A DNA stretch of 64,000 nucleotides from Antedon mediterranea (lineage: Eukaryota > Animalia > Echinodermata), in assembly GCF_964355755.1 (NCBI RefSeq), contig NC_092674.1, positions 28,086,001 through 28,150,000 on the forward strand, written 5' to 3'. The notes below the pieces were generated by a model. That model was not told the origin of the DNA, did not search any database, and was given only the letters and a program-made list of their open reading frames with translations. Shown piece by piece: positions 1 to 12,905 of the stretch (its first letter is position 1; each line of letters opens with the position of its first letter). The translations under genes were made by a program, and so were the position numbers.

Positions 1-1180
1 TGAACATTGGGCCCAGCATAGATCTGGTTATTTCGACGACCTAACATCTACGCCCGGCGCTTAAGACGACTCGTCTCGTCGTGGGCCTCGTCATATGACG
101 CTGTCCGAGTTGGCCTTTATATCTATATAGAACCAAGCAAGCTTAAAACGGATTCCTTCCATTTTAATATGCGCATGCGTGCACGTCATGTGAGACGTCA
201 TATGTTTTATCTAAAGACAAAAATAATGACATTATAATATTCAATAGGTTTGTGTTCGTTTCAAGCCCGTTTGAGTTTGAAACAGTTATAAATTATTCTA
301 AATAGGGACCAACATGCTCGAACGTTTTTTTTTGTTTTTTTTACTATTTTCAGCATCATAATGTTGTTATTTTTGTTTGAATTTTGTTGTTCAATTTGTG
401 GTCATTATTTGTTGATTTGTTTTCTTTTTTTTTTAATAAAAAAGTGTATCTTTAACTAATTTAGTCTCTATTTAGACGCTATTTGGAATTTTGAAACTTT
501 ATGTGATCTGCCCATATGATGATGATGTCATATTACTACCATATTTGCGCATATCACTACCATATGTGGGCACATCACACTGTTTTGTCACATAAAGTTT
601 GTAGACAGAGCTTTATACAGTTTATATATCACCTTTAGGCCTAATATACGTTTTACACGTTATATTCTTCTTTACTGATTCCCGTATTTAAACTTGAAGC
701 ACAGTAATGTTTTCTGTTTGACCTTGAACTTACAATACTCATACTTCATAAATGTTGTTGGTAATACAAATTAATTAATGATTAATGAGGCGGCAACAGC
801 TAATTAAAGGCTTTTATTGTGATGACGGGATATTTACTTACTCGTCACACTGACGCCATAGCTTCGTTACGGATCGTACATATCTAATTTCTACAATATT
901 GATACATTTCTGAAAATTTAATGTTGACCCGGTTTCTATCAACTATATGACGCACATGGCACGTATAACCCGCTCTGTCGATCAATTTGCAAACAAAATA
1001 ATATGTTTTTATGAGAATTCATATCTATATTGAATTGAAATTCATATACTCTATTTCTCTTAATTGATATTACTTTAGTGCCGTCAAATTATCTTAAAAC
1101 TAGTACAATCGACCGTCGTTCCATCATAAATGCATTCATGCTGTCTACTTCCGATTAAAAAGACAATTCAAATGATAGAA

Positions 1181-1829
1181 TGCACTCCAATTAAAGACCC
1201 CTGAAACTATTAGTTCACTCCAATTAAAGACCCCTGGAACTATTAGTGCACTCCAATTAAAGACCCCTGGAACTATTAGTGCACTCCAATTAAAGACCCC
1301 TGGAACTATTAGTTCATTCCAATTAAAGACCCCTGGAACTATTAGTTCACTCCAATTAAAGACCCCTGGAACTATTAGTGCACTCCAATTAAAGACCCCT
1401 GGAACTATTAGTGCACTCCAATTAAAGACCCCTGGAACTATTAGTTCATTCCAATTAAAGACCCCTGGAACTATTAGTGCACTCCAATTAAAGACCCCTG
1501 GAACTATTAGTGCACTCCAATTAAAGACCCCTGGAACTATTAGTTCACTCCAATTAAAGACCCCTGGAACTATTAGTGCACTCCAATTAAAGACCCCTGG
1601 AACTATTAGTTCACTCCAATTAAAGACCCCTGGAACTATTAGTGCACTCCAATTAAAGACCCCTGGAACTATTAGTTCATTCCAATTAAAGACCCCTGGA
1701 ACTATTAGTGCACTCCAATTAAAGACCCCTGGAACTATTAGTTCATTCCAATTAAAGACCCCTGGAACTATTAGTGCACTCCAATTAAAGACCCCTGGAA
1801 CTATTAGTTCACTCCAATTAAAGACCCTG
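1181..1829. repeat. 33-bp minisatellite, ~19-20 copies
   Basis: Unit GCACTCCAATTAAAGACCCCTGGAACTATTAGT repeated head-to-tail. Variation is essentially limited to GCACT/TCACT/TCATT, and there are no spacers. Confidence 0.97.
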
Positions 1830-2518
1830 AAGCTTTCAACTATATTAAAGAAGACCTGTCCAATAAAAACATGAACAATAAAGATTAATAAAAACTTGAA
1901 AAAAAAGACTTGAATACGAATTGACCAATAAAAAGCGATTTATTATTCAAACTGATTGGTCAATTCGCTTGTGTCCTGTGGTAACCAAGCTTTACAGAAT
2001 ATTGCACAATTTGATCATCAACTTTGTCTTATCATGGAGGAAATATACATATTTCCTCCATGGTCTTATCACGCAAGTTGAAGACCCACAACCCAAACTT
2101 ACAATGGAAGCTGACGTCAAACGAGAATCCCAACATCCCATAATAACACTATACGTTTTCCACATTCAATTTAATTGGTCTTGTTAACAATAGTAAATCA
2201 AATATTGCGTCATAACAGTGGGTTTTTTTCATGTAATTAATCTGAACTTTAGAATTAACTGTCAGACTATGATGATATCACATTAAAATTGCTTTTAACA
2301 AAATTCGTTTATGAATAATTATGTTTTAAAGATACAGTAATAAGATTTCAACATTGATAGTTAATTATTGCTGAAGGTTGCAGTCATTAAAAAAAATAAA
2401 CGTAATGTAAATTCAAACTCATGACGTAAGGCCGATTGCAAGCAAATTGACCAATCACCAGTGACAGTTGGAATAATTCACCGCTTTTGATTGGTGTCCT
2501 AGTGGGAACCAAGCTTTA

Positions 2519-2716
2519 AGCGTGGTTCCCACTAGAACGCAACGCAGCGACGTATTGACGCAAAGTGATGTATTGCGTAATCACAAGTGGAAACCGACGA
2601 CGCAACAGTGCTGCAAAAATCGCAGGTTTGATTTCACGCAGGCGGGGGAAAACACAATGATTGGAAGGGTATTTTCTTACGTTGCGTAGGTTGCGTCGGT
2701 AGTGGGCACCACACTT
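2519..2716. mobile_element. PIF/Harbinger-type MITE, family A (subtype A1)
   Basis: TIRs AGCGTGGTTCCCACTA...TAGTGGGCACCACACT flanked by TTA. The same internal sequence recurs at 5428, 5608, 6547, 9380 and 9709. Confidence 0.8.
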
Positions 2717-2756
2717 TAGTGCATGATGTATATATACGTAAAGCTTGATTATATTA

Positions 2757-3515
2757 GCGTTTTGTAATATTCGTCCAGCCTAACGCGGTACCGTTAAGTA
2801 ATGTCCGTCCAGCGTAACGCGTTACCGTTTTGTAAGTTCGTCCAACTTAATGTGTTACCGTTTAAGCTTGGTTCCCACTAGAACGTAACGCAAGGACGTA
2901 AACGCAACGCAAGCGTTTTAACCAATGACAAGCGAAGTTATAGACAGTTAGCAATCACAAGCGAATAAGCCATCGCTTGTGATTGGTCAATTCACTTGCG
3001 TTGCGTTACGTCCTTGTGTTGCGTCGCTAGTGGGAACCACGCTTTAAGCTTGGTTTCCACTAGAACGTAACGCAAGGACGTAAACGCAACGCAAGCGTTT
3101 ATAGACAGTTAGCAATCACAAGCGAATAAGCCATCGCTTGTGAATGGTCAATTCACTTGCGTTGCGTTACGTCCTTGTGTTTCGTCGCTAGTGGGAACCA
3201 AGCTTAAGTAATGTCCATTCAACATAACGCGTTGCCGTTTTACAAGGTCCGTCCAACACGCGTTACCGTTTTGTAATGTCCGTCAAACGTAACGCGTTAC
3301 CGTTTTGTAATGTCCGTCCAACGTAACGCGTTACCGTTTTGTAAGTCTGTCAAACGTAACTTGTTACCGTTTTGTAATGTCCGTCCAACGTAACGCGTTG
3401 CCGTTTAATAATGTCCGTCCCACGTAAAGCGTTACCGTTTAGTAATGTCCGTCCAACGTAACGCGTTATCGTTTTACAAGGTCCGTCCAACGTAGCGCGT
3501 TACCGTTTTGTAATA
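2757..3515. repeat. ~34-bp degenerate tandem array interrupted by two MITEs
   Basis: Unit ~CCGTTTTGTAATGTCCGTCCAACGTAACGCGTTA occurs on both sides of 2865-3204, followed by (ACGT)n at ~3551-3571. Confidence 0.85.
2865..3204. mobile_element. Two tandem family-A MITEs (subtype A2): 2865-3043 and 3047-3204
   Basis: TIR AGCTTGGTTCCCACTAG / CTAGTGGGAACCA(A/C)GCT. The two copies are separated by a single TTA (3044-3046). Confidence 0.85.
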
Positions 3516-5427
3516 CCGGTACCAACGTTAGCAGAAACGTTGGCAGACTCACGTACGTACGTACGTACGTAACTACGTAATTTATGCGTCATTGATTGGA
3601 GAGCGACACTGTAATAGCGTTTGTTATAATGTGATCGATCATAATTTAATAACAAAACGTTGGCAGACTCGTTTCATAACGAACCGGCGCGAAATAGAGC
3701 TTCTATTTAAGCTGTTGTTATTATTGTTGAATGATACAGTTACAGCAGACTTTGATTTACACTGGCGACAGACACGGTGTGATCAATGTGTGTTCACTGT
3801 GCTATGTGTCATTTGCGTTTTCATTGGATAAAGAAATGTAATAATGTTGTGAACCAATTAAAGACGATTTATACTGTTAATTAAAACACCTTAGAGGAAT
3901 TGTGTTATTAAGATTTCTGTAGAGAATATTTGTTGCATCGATTTCTTTTGTAAAGCTCTGTCTACACTATCAAACTAGTGATGGTGTGATGTAACCAAAT
4001 ATGGTAGTGATATGCCCATATATGGTACTGATATGACATTATCATGTCCATATATGTCCGAGTCCATAATAACATTTCTTGACCAGTTGAATGACCTCTC
4101 AAGAGAACAAGCATTTTAGAAGATTGCCAAGCCATCTTAGAAAGACTACTGAAGCATCTTATATTAGATTTAATTTGTTTTTTTATAAGTGAAAACATTA
4201 ATTTTTTTCTACGAAAGTGATTCACCTTATTAGAACTACAAAGTAACTATATTCAAAGTATGTATTAATTAATCTTCCTTTTTCATGTTTTTGGAGGACA
4301 ATACACAATGCAAAAACCCAGTATATCGTATTACACGCTACATTATCCGTTAAACTAATTATGTAATCTATTGTTTGTTGAAGGCATTCAACGGATTTCT
4401 ACGACGTTGCTTGTTTTTATTGTTAATGGCATTGAGTAGATTGGTAACCATCAGTATGTAAACATGATTCGCGATTGACAAATAATAACTAGCGTAGTAG
4501 TTATAAGTTATTGGACTTTATCTTGATGGATCATGCGAATTGTCGCTTGCGCTGATTGGTCACTTTGCGTTGTGCCTACGTTTATTGCGTTGCAGTGGGA
4601 GCCAAACGCGTGCTCGGAAAATAGTACTGTTACCCCCAGCCAACCGAAGAGCCGTCATTACTTTACCAACCGACTTTAACAACTAAACCAAGATTATGAA
4701 TGTATCACAATTTCATTATAAATAATGTATCATTTAAGGAGAACACCTGATGGCGGTTTATTTGCTGCTAGCCCAAACTTAACCTTTGTATCGATTAAAC
4801 TAAGTGATGTTTAAATAGCAATAATAATGCCTCATTCATAATGAACCGTTAATTATGATTCATAATTAATGGGACGCGCACGAATAATTCATTATTTTGT
4901 TATAAATAGCAATTTTTGTTGCATAAATTATATATGTACTATTCCATAGCATTGTATCATAGAATATGAAAGCTGTCACCGAATATCTTCCCTTCATATC
5001 CGGTTGAAGTGCGATTTCGTAACCTCTGACCTTAGAATTGTTTATCTGGATAAAGTTACCAATGAGTGGCTATGTCTGAACATAACTATATAATGATTTT
5101 ATTCACAAAACTCTCAGTGCTCTGTATCTCCAAATTATATGGCAACATTTGTCCAGTATCGTATACAAATTCCGTAATACAGCGTCCATGTGTTTCACAT
5201 GTGATGTCAGTTATCATGTCAGGTTAAAAGTTCGGTAATTGGAACCATGTAAAAATTATTCAGTTACTGCAGAAATTACATTATAAAATCATGATTCTGT
5301 TTATGCAATTATCTGTGGGTAACCATACACACTGTGTGTCAATTGGCAGTCACTGACTTGTACAAATTAAAAGCATACGTTATTGTTGTAAAAAAAACGT
5401 ACTGCAGTAGCCGCAGTGGAACAATTA

Positions 5428-5849
5428 AGCGTGGTTCCCACTAGAACGCAACGGAACGTAACGCAGCGACGTGTCGACGCAAAGTGATGTAGTGCGTAAT
5501 CGAAAGTGGGAACCGACGACGCAATAGTGCTGCAAACATCGTAGGTTTGATTTCTCGCAGGCGGGGGCAAACACAATTATTAGAAGGGCATTTTCTTACG
5601 TTGCTTAAGCTTGGTTCCCACTAGCAACGCAACGCAACCTACGCAACGTAAGAAAATACCCTTCCAATAATTGTGTTTGCCCCCGCCTGCGTGAAATGAA
5701 ACCTGCGATATTTGCAGCACTGTTGCATCGTTGGTTCCCACTTGTGATTACGCAATACAGCACTTTGCGTCAATACGTCGCTGCGTTGCGTTCTAGTGGG
5801 AAGCATGCTTTAGATTACGTTACGTTGCGTCGCTAGTGAGAACCAAGCT
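5428..5849. mobile_element. Family-A1 MITE with a nested inverted A1 copy (5608-5809)
   Basis: Outer element flanked by TTA/TTA. Inner element flanked by TTA 5605-5607 and TTA 5810-5812. Confidence 0.85.
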
Positions 5850-5929
5850 TTAGGAAAGATACTGAGCAAATTTAGATACAGAACCTAGAATTGAGGTGAG
5901 CAAGTTGGTTTATAGAAACTCCTCACTAA

Positions 5930-6314
5930 AGCTTGGTTCCCACTGGAACGTAACGCAAGGACGTAAACGCAACGCAAGCGTTTTAACCAATGACAAGCGA
6001 AGTTATAGACAGTTAAGCGTGGTTCCCACTAGCGACGCAACACAAGGACGTAACGCAACGCAAGTGAATTGACCAATCACAAGCGATGGCTTATTCGCTT
6101 GTGATTGCTAACTGTCTATAACTTCGCTTGTCATTGGTTAAAACGCTTGCGTTGCGTTTACGTCCTTGCATTACGTTTTAGTGGGAACCAAGCTTTAGCA
6201 ATCACAAGCGAATAAGCCATCGCTTGTGATTGGTCAATTAACTTGCGTTGCGTTACGTCCTTGTGTTGCGTTACGTCCTTGAAGTTGTGTTGCGTCGCTA
6301 GTGGGAACCACGCT
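5930..6314. mobile_element. Family-A2 MITE with a nested inverted A2 copy (6016-6194)
   Basis: The uninterrupted consensus GACAG-TTA-GCAATC is split as GACAG TTA [element] TTA GCAATC, a 3-bp TSD. Confidence 0.9.
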
Positions 6315-6546
6315 TTAACGTCATATGTACTTTTAAATGGTAAATGAAGTTAAACGAACCTGTGAAATGTAACGCAATTACCTTTTTTGATGACGTGTAG
6401 GAAACATTATTAATTATATTAATTGCTAACACCTACAGTGTAAAGTGGCAATTATCTCCTCCGTTCACACTTCCAACTGTTAAGCCAATATAAGTATGTG
6501 TGTTCATTTAGAAAATAAATAATATGCACGTTTGCATGGACGAGTT

Positions 6547-6997
6547 TCTGGTTCCCACTGCAAGTTGCGCAACGTAAGAAAATGCTCTTCCAATAATTGT
6601 GTTTGCGCCCGCCTGCGTGAAATCAAACCTGCGATGTTTGCAGCGCTGTTGCGTCGTCGGTTCCTACTTGTGATTACGCAATACAGCACTTTGCGTCGGT
6701 ACGTCGCTGCGTTACGTTTTAGTGGGAACCAAGCTTTAACCTGGGGCCTTAAAGCTTGGTTCCCACTCTAGAACGTAATGCAAGGACGTAAACGCAACGC
6801 AAGCGTTTTAACCAATGACAAGCGAAGTTATAGACAGTTACCAATCACAAGCGAATAAGCCATCGCTTGTGATTGGTCAATTCACTTGCGTTGCGTTACG
6901 TCCTTGTGTTACGTCGCTAGTGGGAACCACGCTTTACGCAATACAGGACTTTGCGTCAATACGTCGCTGCGTTGCGTTCTAGTTAGAACCACGCTTT
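6547..6997. mobile_element. Cluster of family-A MITEs (A1 ~6547-6734, A2 6753-6933, A1 fragment to ~6995)
   Basis: Same TIRs and internal sequences as the other family-A copies. Confidence 0.8.
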
Positions 6998-7865
6998 AAC
7001 AGCGTATGCTGATAATCAAGGATGACTCTTGATGAGTGACAGCCGGGCTGTGTGTATACTATAGTATACTTATGGGATGTTAGAGATTTCCTCTTCTGTT
7101 CATTTTGAATGTATTGTGTTCTCAAATACACCAGCATTGTAATATATATATTATGGCATCATCGTAATAGGTCTGTACGGTTTTGTATTTAGTCTTTTCG
7201 GTACCCTGAATCTAAAAGTCTTCATTACTGTTTTTGTCCTGTTTCCGGTTCCCGTATTTTTTTTTTCATTTTCTATGGGCTGCCTTATACAAGCTTTGCT
7301 TTTTAGGAATGTTGCACCTTTTATTTTAATCATTTTTACTGTTAATTTTTATTTTCTATGAAAGACAAGAGAAATAAATGTTACTTTGATTGATTTGATT
7401 GATTGATATTATTTTAGTACTTAGGTATTAATCACCGCAGCTGCTCCGACGTGTATACACTCGTTGTCTTGGTAACAACGCAAAAAGCAACGCACCACCT
7501 CAATTATGCAAATTACTTGTCCGACGATCGATAAAGCTCCTTACCATATCATATCTATTGTTATTATGTTATTATCCTCGACGTATCTGACGACGAAAAA
7601 TAAAAATGAGATCGAATAAACAGGAGATATAGACATCGATATTTTTAGACACTGCGTTTCTTAATGCGTTTTCATGTGCTCAATTTTATGACCTCGTCAA
7701 TATCAATACACTAGATGCTTTCAATATCATTGATTATTATGTGGAGAAAATGAATACAAGGCCGATTCTATTTTGTTCATGATGAAACGTGTGACGTCAC
7801 TTGAATTATTTGCAAGGGAATTTTGAAGCAAATTCTTGTTTATAAAGAGGCCCATATACTCTCAA

Positions 7866-7968
7866 TTTTTAGTCGCGTGCACTCGACTCAGCTCACAATG
7901 TCGTTCGTTCGGTCGGTTGGTCGGTCTCAAATTTTAGCACGCGACTGCAGCCATGTATATGGCCTTGT
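7866..7968 (+). mobile_element. HINE/DINE-1-like non-autonomous Helentron-associated element
   Basis: T-run, then subterminal inverted repeats AGTCGCGTGC (7871) / GCACGCGACT (7937), an internal GTCG/GTTC microsatellite, a 3' hairpin GCCATGTATATGGC, and CTTGT. Confidence 0.5.
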
Positions 7969-8929
7969 AGCACGAATGTTATATTAAACTCGAAAATTAT
8001 AACATAAGTGGATTCAAATTGTTTAAAACTTAGAATGAAATAGTGATCGCGCGTCAACTGATGCTAAAAGTAAGTTGTGTTATATTGCAATATCAATGAA
8101 TGAATTTATTATTTCATGAAATTTCAATGAAATATTAAGTATAAGCTACCGGTTAGACTTGCCACAAGTCTGCAGTTGCTTCGAGGCGTTTGTTCGAGCT
8201 CAAGTAGTATACGTATGAAACGCCATATGTGCCAAAATATTTATATTTTTACTAATATTAAGTCAAAAATCCGTCTGGAACCCAGGCTAGCTACCGGTTT
8301 GTAATGCAAATTATTTGTTTCCCCTTACGCTTGCCCCTCTGCCTTTAATGTTACTCTTACAAACTGCAGAAATCATGTCCCTTTCTTTGTTAACATCCGT
8401 GCCTTTTATAAATAAATGTGGAATTGAATTGAATTACGAGAAATTAACCACGAAACGTTACAACACAACACGATATTTATTATTAATATTATTCTATGTA
8501 TCATATTTTTATTTAGACAGAGAAACCCACTGAATCTTGCATTGCATTATATAATTAGAAAAACGTGTTGTAGCCTATATAAATAAATAACAAATTCAAA
8601 TATTTACTTTGACCTTGGTAATACAGGTAGGCCTACCAGCAGTTCACGTTTCTGATAAACAATGGCTTTTCTCGTCGCTATTCAATATTAATTTTAAGAT
8701 TAAACTGACACCGGATATCACTGCAATATTCTTATTAGAACACTTGTTGCCTTATATTACTAATAAAATATCAACCCAGACGATCGCGTTCAATAGTCTG
8801 CCAAAATCGATTTACCGTCTGATTTTCAAAAGATCATAAATGTCACATGGTTGCGTTGACTCTGGAAACATTAGAAAAGGTGAATTGCGTTAGTTTTCTG
8901 TCTGGTGCGTCAATATGCGGGTGCGTGTA

Positions 8930-9526
8930 AAGCTTGGTTTTCCATGTCCTTCCAATAATTTTTTTTTCAATATTTCTACGTAACAAAAAACATATAAGTA
9001 TAAAAGGGGAGTAGCGGAAAAGCAAAAGTAATAAACTGTTATCTTGTGATGTGCTTGACCAGCCCCTGTCAACTAGGACGATACAATACAACTGAGATTA
9101 TAACAACAAATTTTGAAAAATACATAGAAAAATATTCTATAATAAAATGTTAATAAAAGTGTTCTAAAAATACAATTGCTATCTGGACATTCTAATTGTA
9201 TAAAAGTTAAAAAGTTAACAAGTTAAAAAGTTTATGAAAAGTTAACAAGTTAAAAATTCTGATTGTATAAAAGCTAAAAATTGTAATTGTAAAAAGTTAA
9301 AAATTCAGAGTAGGCCTATAGTAGGTACAATCTAAAAAAATCATGTACATTTGCAAAACTTTTGGTTTATAACAAAATGTGTTTTCCCCCGCCTGTTTGA
9401 AATCAAACCTACGATGTTTGCAGCACTATTGCGTCGTCGGTTCCCACTTGTTATTACGCAATACAACACTTTGCGTCAATACGTCGTTGCTTTGCGTTAC
9501 GCTGCGTCGCTAGTGGGAACCATGCT
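8930..9526. mobile_element. Disrupted family-A1 MITE with ~400 bp AT-rich insert
   Basis: Left TIR-like AGCTTGGTTTTCCA at 8930; the A1 body resumes at ~9375 and ends CTAGTGGGAACCATGCT at 9526. Confidence 0.6.
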
Positions 9527-9708
9527 TTAGTTTTCTGCCTGGTGCGTCAATATGCGGATGTGCGTAAACAAGCTTGATGGTGATTCAAATTTGTCGACAA
9601 AACGATTAACGATGTTAATTTCAGAGATGATTCTATTGCACGTCCAGGTTTAAAAAAACATTTTAGAACATTGTGCAACGCGAGGCAGATAACTAACTAC
9701 TTGCATTA

Positions 9709-9893
9709 GGCGTGGTTCCCACTCGACGCAAAGCAATGCATTGCGTAATCACAAGTGAGAACCGACGACGCAACATTGCTGCAAAAATCGCAGGTTTGAT
9801 TTCACGTAGGCAGGGGAAAACACAATTATTGGAAGGGCATTTTCTTACGTTGCGTATGTTACGTTACGTTGCGTCGCAAGTGGGAACCACGCT
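9709..9893. mobile_element. Family-A1 MITE
   Basis: GGCGTGGTTCCCACT...AGTGGGAACCACGCT flanked by TTA, with the A1 body. Confidence 0.8.
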
Positions 9894-10708
9894 TTAAAAA
9901 GACACACACAATATAGCTTGTGATACTCTGTGACCAAAATCCAAGCGTTGGCTGTTAAAAGGGCCTAGCCTTCGATTGTCATTTGTATAGGCCTATTATA
10001 AAACTAATAATGCTTGTATTCGTTGAATGGGAGGAATATTTTCATTTGAACACCTGTCAATCTTTCAAGTCATAAAAATATTTTCCCCATTCAACGAATA
10101 CAAAACATGTATTATTTGGTATGTTTTTTTTTTTTGTCGTCAACCTTGGTTTTTAAAAACAAAAATATGAAAAACTTGGAATAAATTTACATTGAAAACA
10201 TTGTTTGTAATGACATCAGCACATCAGCACAATATCCTTGGTAGAGTAATTACTGATACTATTATTATACCATTGTATAAAAGCAATACTGAAATCCGCG
10301 ATGACAACAACATTGGAGTAACCAAGTAGATTCGTTGCTATTAACACGGAACGTTTGATAAAAGTGTTTTTTTCAATGACGTCATCGCCTTCGCTATAGT
10401 CATTAGAGAGAATAGTCTGTTTACATCAATTGATATTATTACTATTTTTAAGCTATCAGAATACATCTAAAATCTATTTTTCTGGCGTATTTACGAATTT
10501 TATAAAAAAAAAAAGGATCAATGGTGCTTTTCGCATCACAGATTTAATATTAAAACTTACGATATTCTATTAATAACTAGCATTTTATTTCTCGCACCCT
10601 CGCGAGGCCCAACCCAAAATTCCTCGTATTACTACAGGAACACGCAGATTAACTATGAAATATGCGATTTATACATATAGGCCTACTTACTATACGATTG
10701 CAGCATAG

Positions 10709-11308
10709 TATGAAGTAAATTATATTCAGCATATGAAGTACATTATATTCAGCATATGAAGTACATTATATTCAGGATATGAAGTACATTATATTCAGCA
10801 TATGAAGTACATTATATTCAGCATATGAAGTACATTATATTCAGCATAGGAAGTACATTATATTCAGCATATGAAGTACATTATATTCAGCATGAAGTAC
10901 ATTATTCAGCATATGAAGTACATTATTCAGCATATGAAGTACATTATATTCAGCATATGAAGTACATTATATTCAGCATATGAAGTACATTATATTCAGC
11001 ATAGGAAGTACATTATATTCAGCATATGAAGTACATTATATTCAGCATATGAAGTACATTATATTCAGCATATGAAGTACATTATATTCAGCATATGAAG
11101 TACATTATATTCAGCATATGAAGTACATTATATTCAGCATATGAAGTACATTATATTCAGGATATGAAGTACATTATATTCAGCATATGAAGTACATTAT
11201 ATTCAGCATATGAAGTAGGCCTACATTATATTCAGCATATGAAGTACATTATATTCAGCATATGAAGTACATTATATTCAGCATAGGAAGTACATACATT
11301 ATATTCAG
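10709..11308. repeat. 23-bp minisatellite, ~25 copies
   Basis: Unit GAAGTACATTATATTCAGCATAT with occasional 2-bp deletions. Confidence 0.97.
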
Positions 11309-11731
11309 TTGCGCTGACGTACAGTATTCAATTATATTCAAGCATATTATTTTCGTCAGACAATACATTGTGAATTTATGTTCTTGTACGTATTGTATTC
11401 ATTTTTTTTATTGAATAATCGAAAACAATATACATTGTTGTTATATTATAATGCTGTCGGGAATATTTCATGTTATATGCGCAGTAGCTTCTTCTGTCAT
11501 GGCTATTTGATCATAATCAATATAATGGCTATGACATTGAAAGATGCAAAGCATTATAAATTGCAATAACAAAAGTTCTCATCAAGTGGATGCGGCAGTC
11601 TACATCGGTTGGAAATCTAATGGTTGATCAAAAACAATTAAATAATGTTTTTGTATAGGAAAGAGAAACTATATATCTGATTCGAAAGATTTAATGATAT
11701 AAAGATCGTGCTTACTGATATCTTTTTAAAT

Positions 11732-12017
11732 GCGCTGTTTACACAGACGAACGGTAATAAAAATATATAATCTATATGTTATTCCTTATGCCCATTATTC
11801 AGGGCCGTCTCGTCTGAAATCTTTAATTTTCCCCATCCACCCCAATTACCCCAAGATCGTCAATTTTTATCTTTGTCATTATATTTAAAGCATCTTTGCG
11901 TCGTCTGTTTTAACCTCTCGCTACGGCCATACCATTTACACACAACGCGAAGTGAACGGGCGGTTTCCGCTCAGGACAGATACAGTTACGATTAACGCTC
12001 GTCTGTGTAAATAACCT
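11732..12017. mobile_element. Putative MITE (Harbinger-like TIR)
   Basis: Inverted termini GCTGTTTACACAGACGAACG / CGCTCGTCTGTGTAAATAAC with TAA/TTA-like flanks. Confidence 0.5.
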
Positions 12018-12905
12018 TTAGTGGTCGAGTGGTTTGGTTACTGTGCTCTGATGACATAGGCTCTTTAAAAGGTAAGCAACACTGAGAAGCCCAGAAAATT
12101 AAGGTCCGAACTTAAACTAAGGATCCTTTATTTTGCATTTTAATTTGAGGTGAGGCTAGGGCCACTCAAATCCGCCTAATGGGACATCGTCATTTGCCAA
12201 ATCTACGTCACACATACTCATATGTAGCCTACCGTATATATTTTTATCGTCACTCTCATTAAAAATGACATTTTAAATGTCAATAGTATGACTATCGATG
12301 TCTTGAAAAAGAAGACGATTACTGTATTGCAGAAGCAGTTATCAACAGAATTACTTTAAAATAACGTCAAGCAAAATGATTACAATCAATAATTACATTG
12401 CAAACAACATAATAACTCTCAATAACTTATCGAGTATATATTTATTATTTATATAAGAGTTTCTACTATATATACATTGGATGACATCTTTCTATTTCTA
12501 CAAACAAATATTAATTATGATAATAATACGATAATAATAATAATAATACTTTCTAATGTGATTTGCATAAACGTATTTTTGACTATGGAATCGTTTATTA
12601 TAGGATTGAGCACAACATAATAACATTACGCATCTTTACTATACGAAACATACAGGGAGTGAGGACATATATAAACTATACGTTAAAACAAACAATGAAT
12701 TTTGTATGGCATAATATGTGAATTTGTGTTCTATTCAACTGTGACAGATTTAAACAATTCTGATACAGATTTTAACAATTGTGACAGATTTGTTAAAACA
12801 CACCAATAATTACGGAAGATCTCTTTTGTTTTATCCGCAGATTAACGAGAGAGCAATTATATGCGAAAATATTAGATTGAATTATCAATCTAATAATCAA
12901 TCTTA

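Noticed and set aside
1-200. Possible minus-strand gene start or promoter at the window edge (NRF1-like GCGCATGCG, CRE-like TGACGT)
   Set aside because: Too little sequence is visible, and no recognisable coding motif supports a call.
1181-1829. CRISPR-like array (33-bp repeats)
   Set aside because: Units are contiguous with no unique spacers, there are no cas genes, and the context is eukaryotic.
5367-9897. Mutually similar short ORFs (5367, 6504, 6532, 9712) suggesting a small-protein family
   Set aside because: They are translations of family-A MITE copies, in varying frames and strands.
10709-11308. CRISPR-like array (23-bp repeats)
   Set aside because: Pure tandem minisatellite with no spacers.
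11920-11936. GCTACGGCCATACCA, matching the 5S rRNA 5' end
   Set aside because: Only ~15 nt match; the following sequence is not 5S-like and it lies inside a putative MITE.
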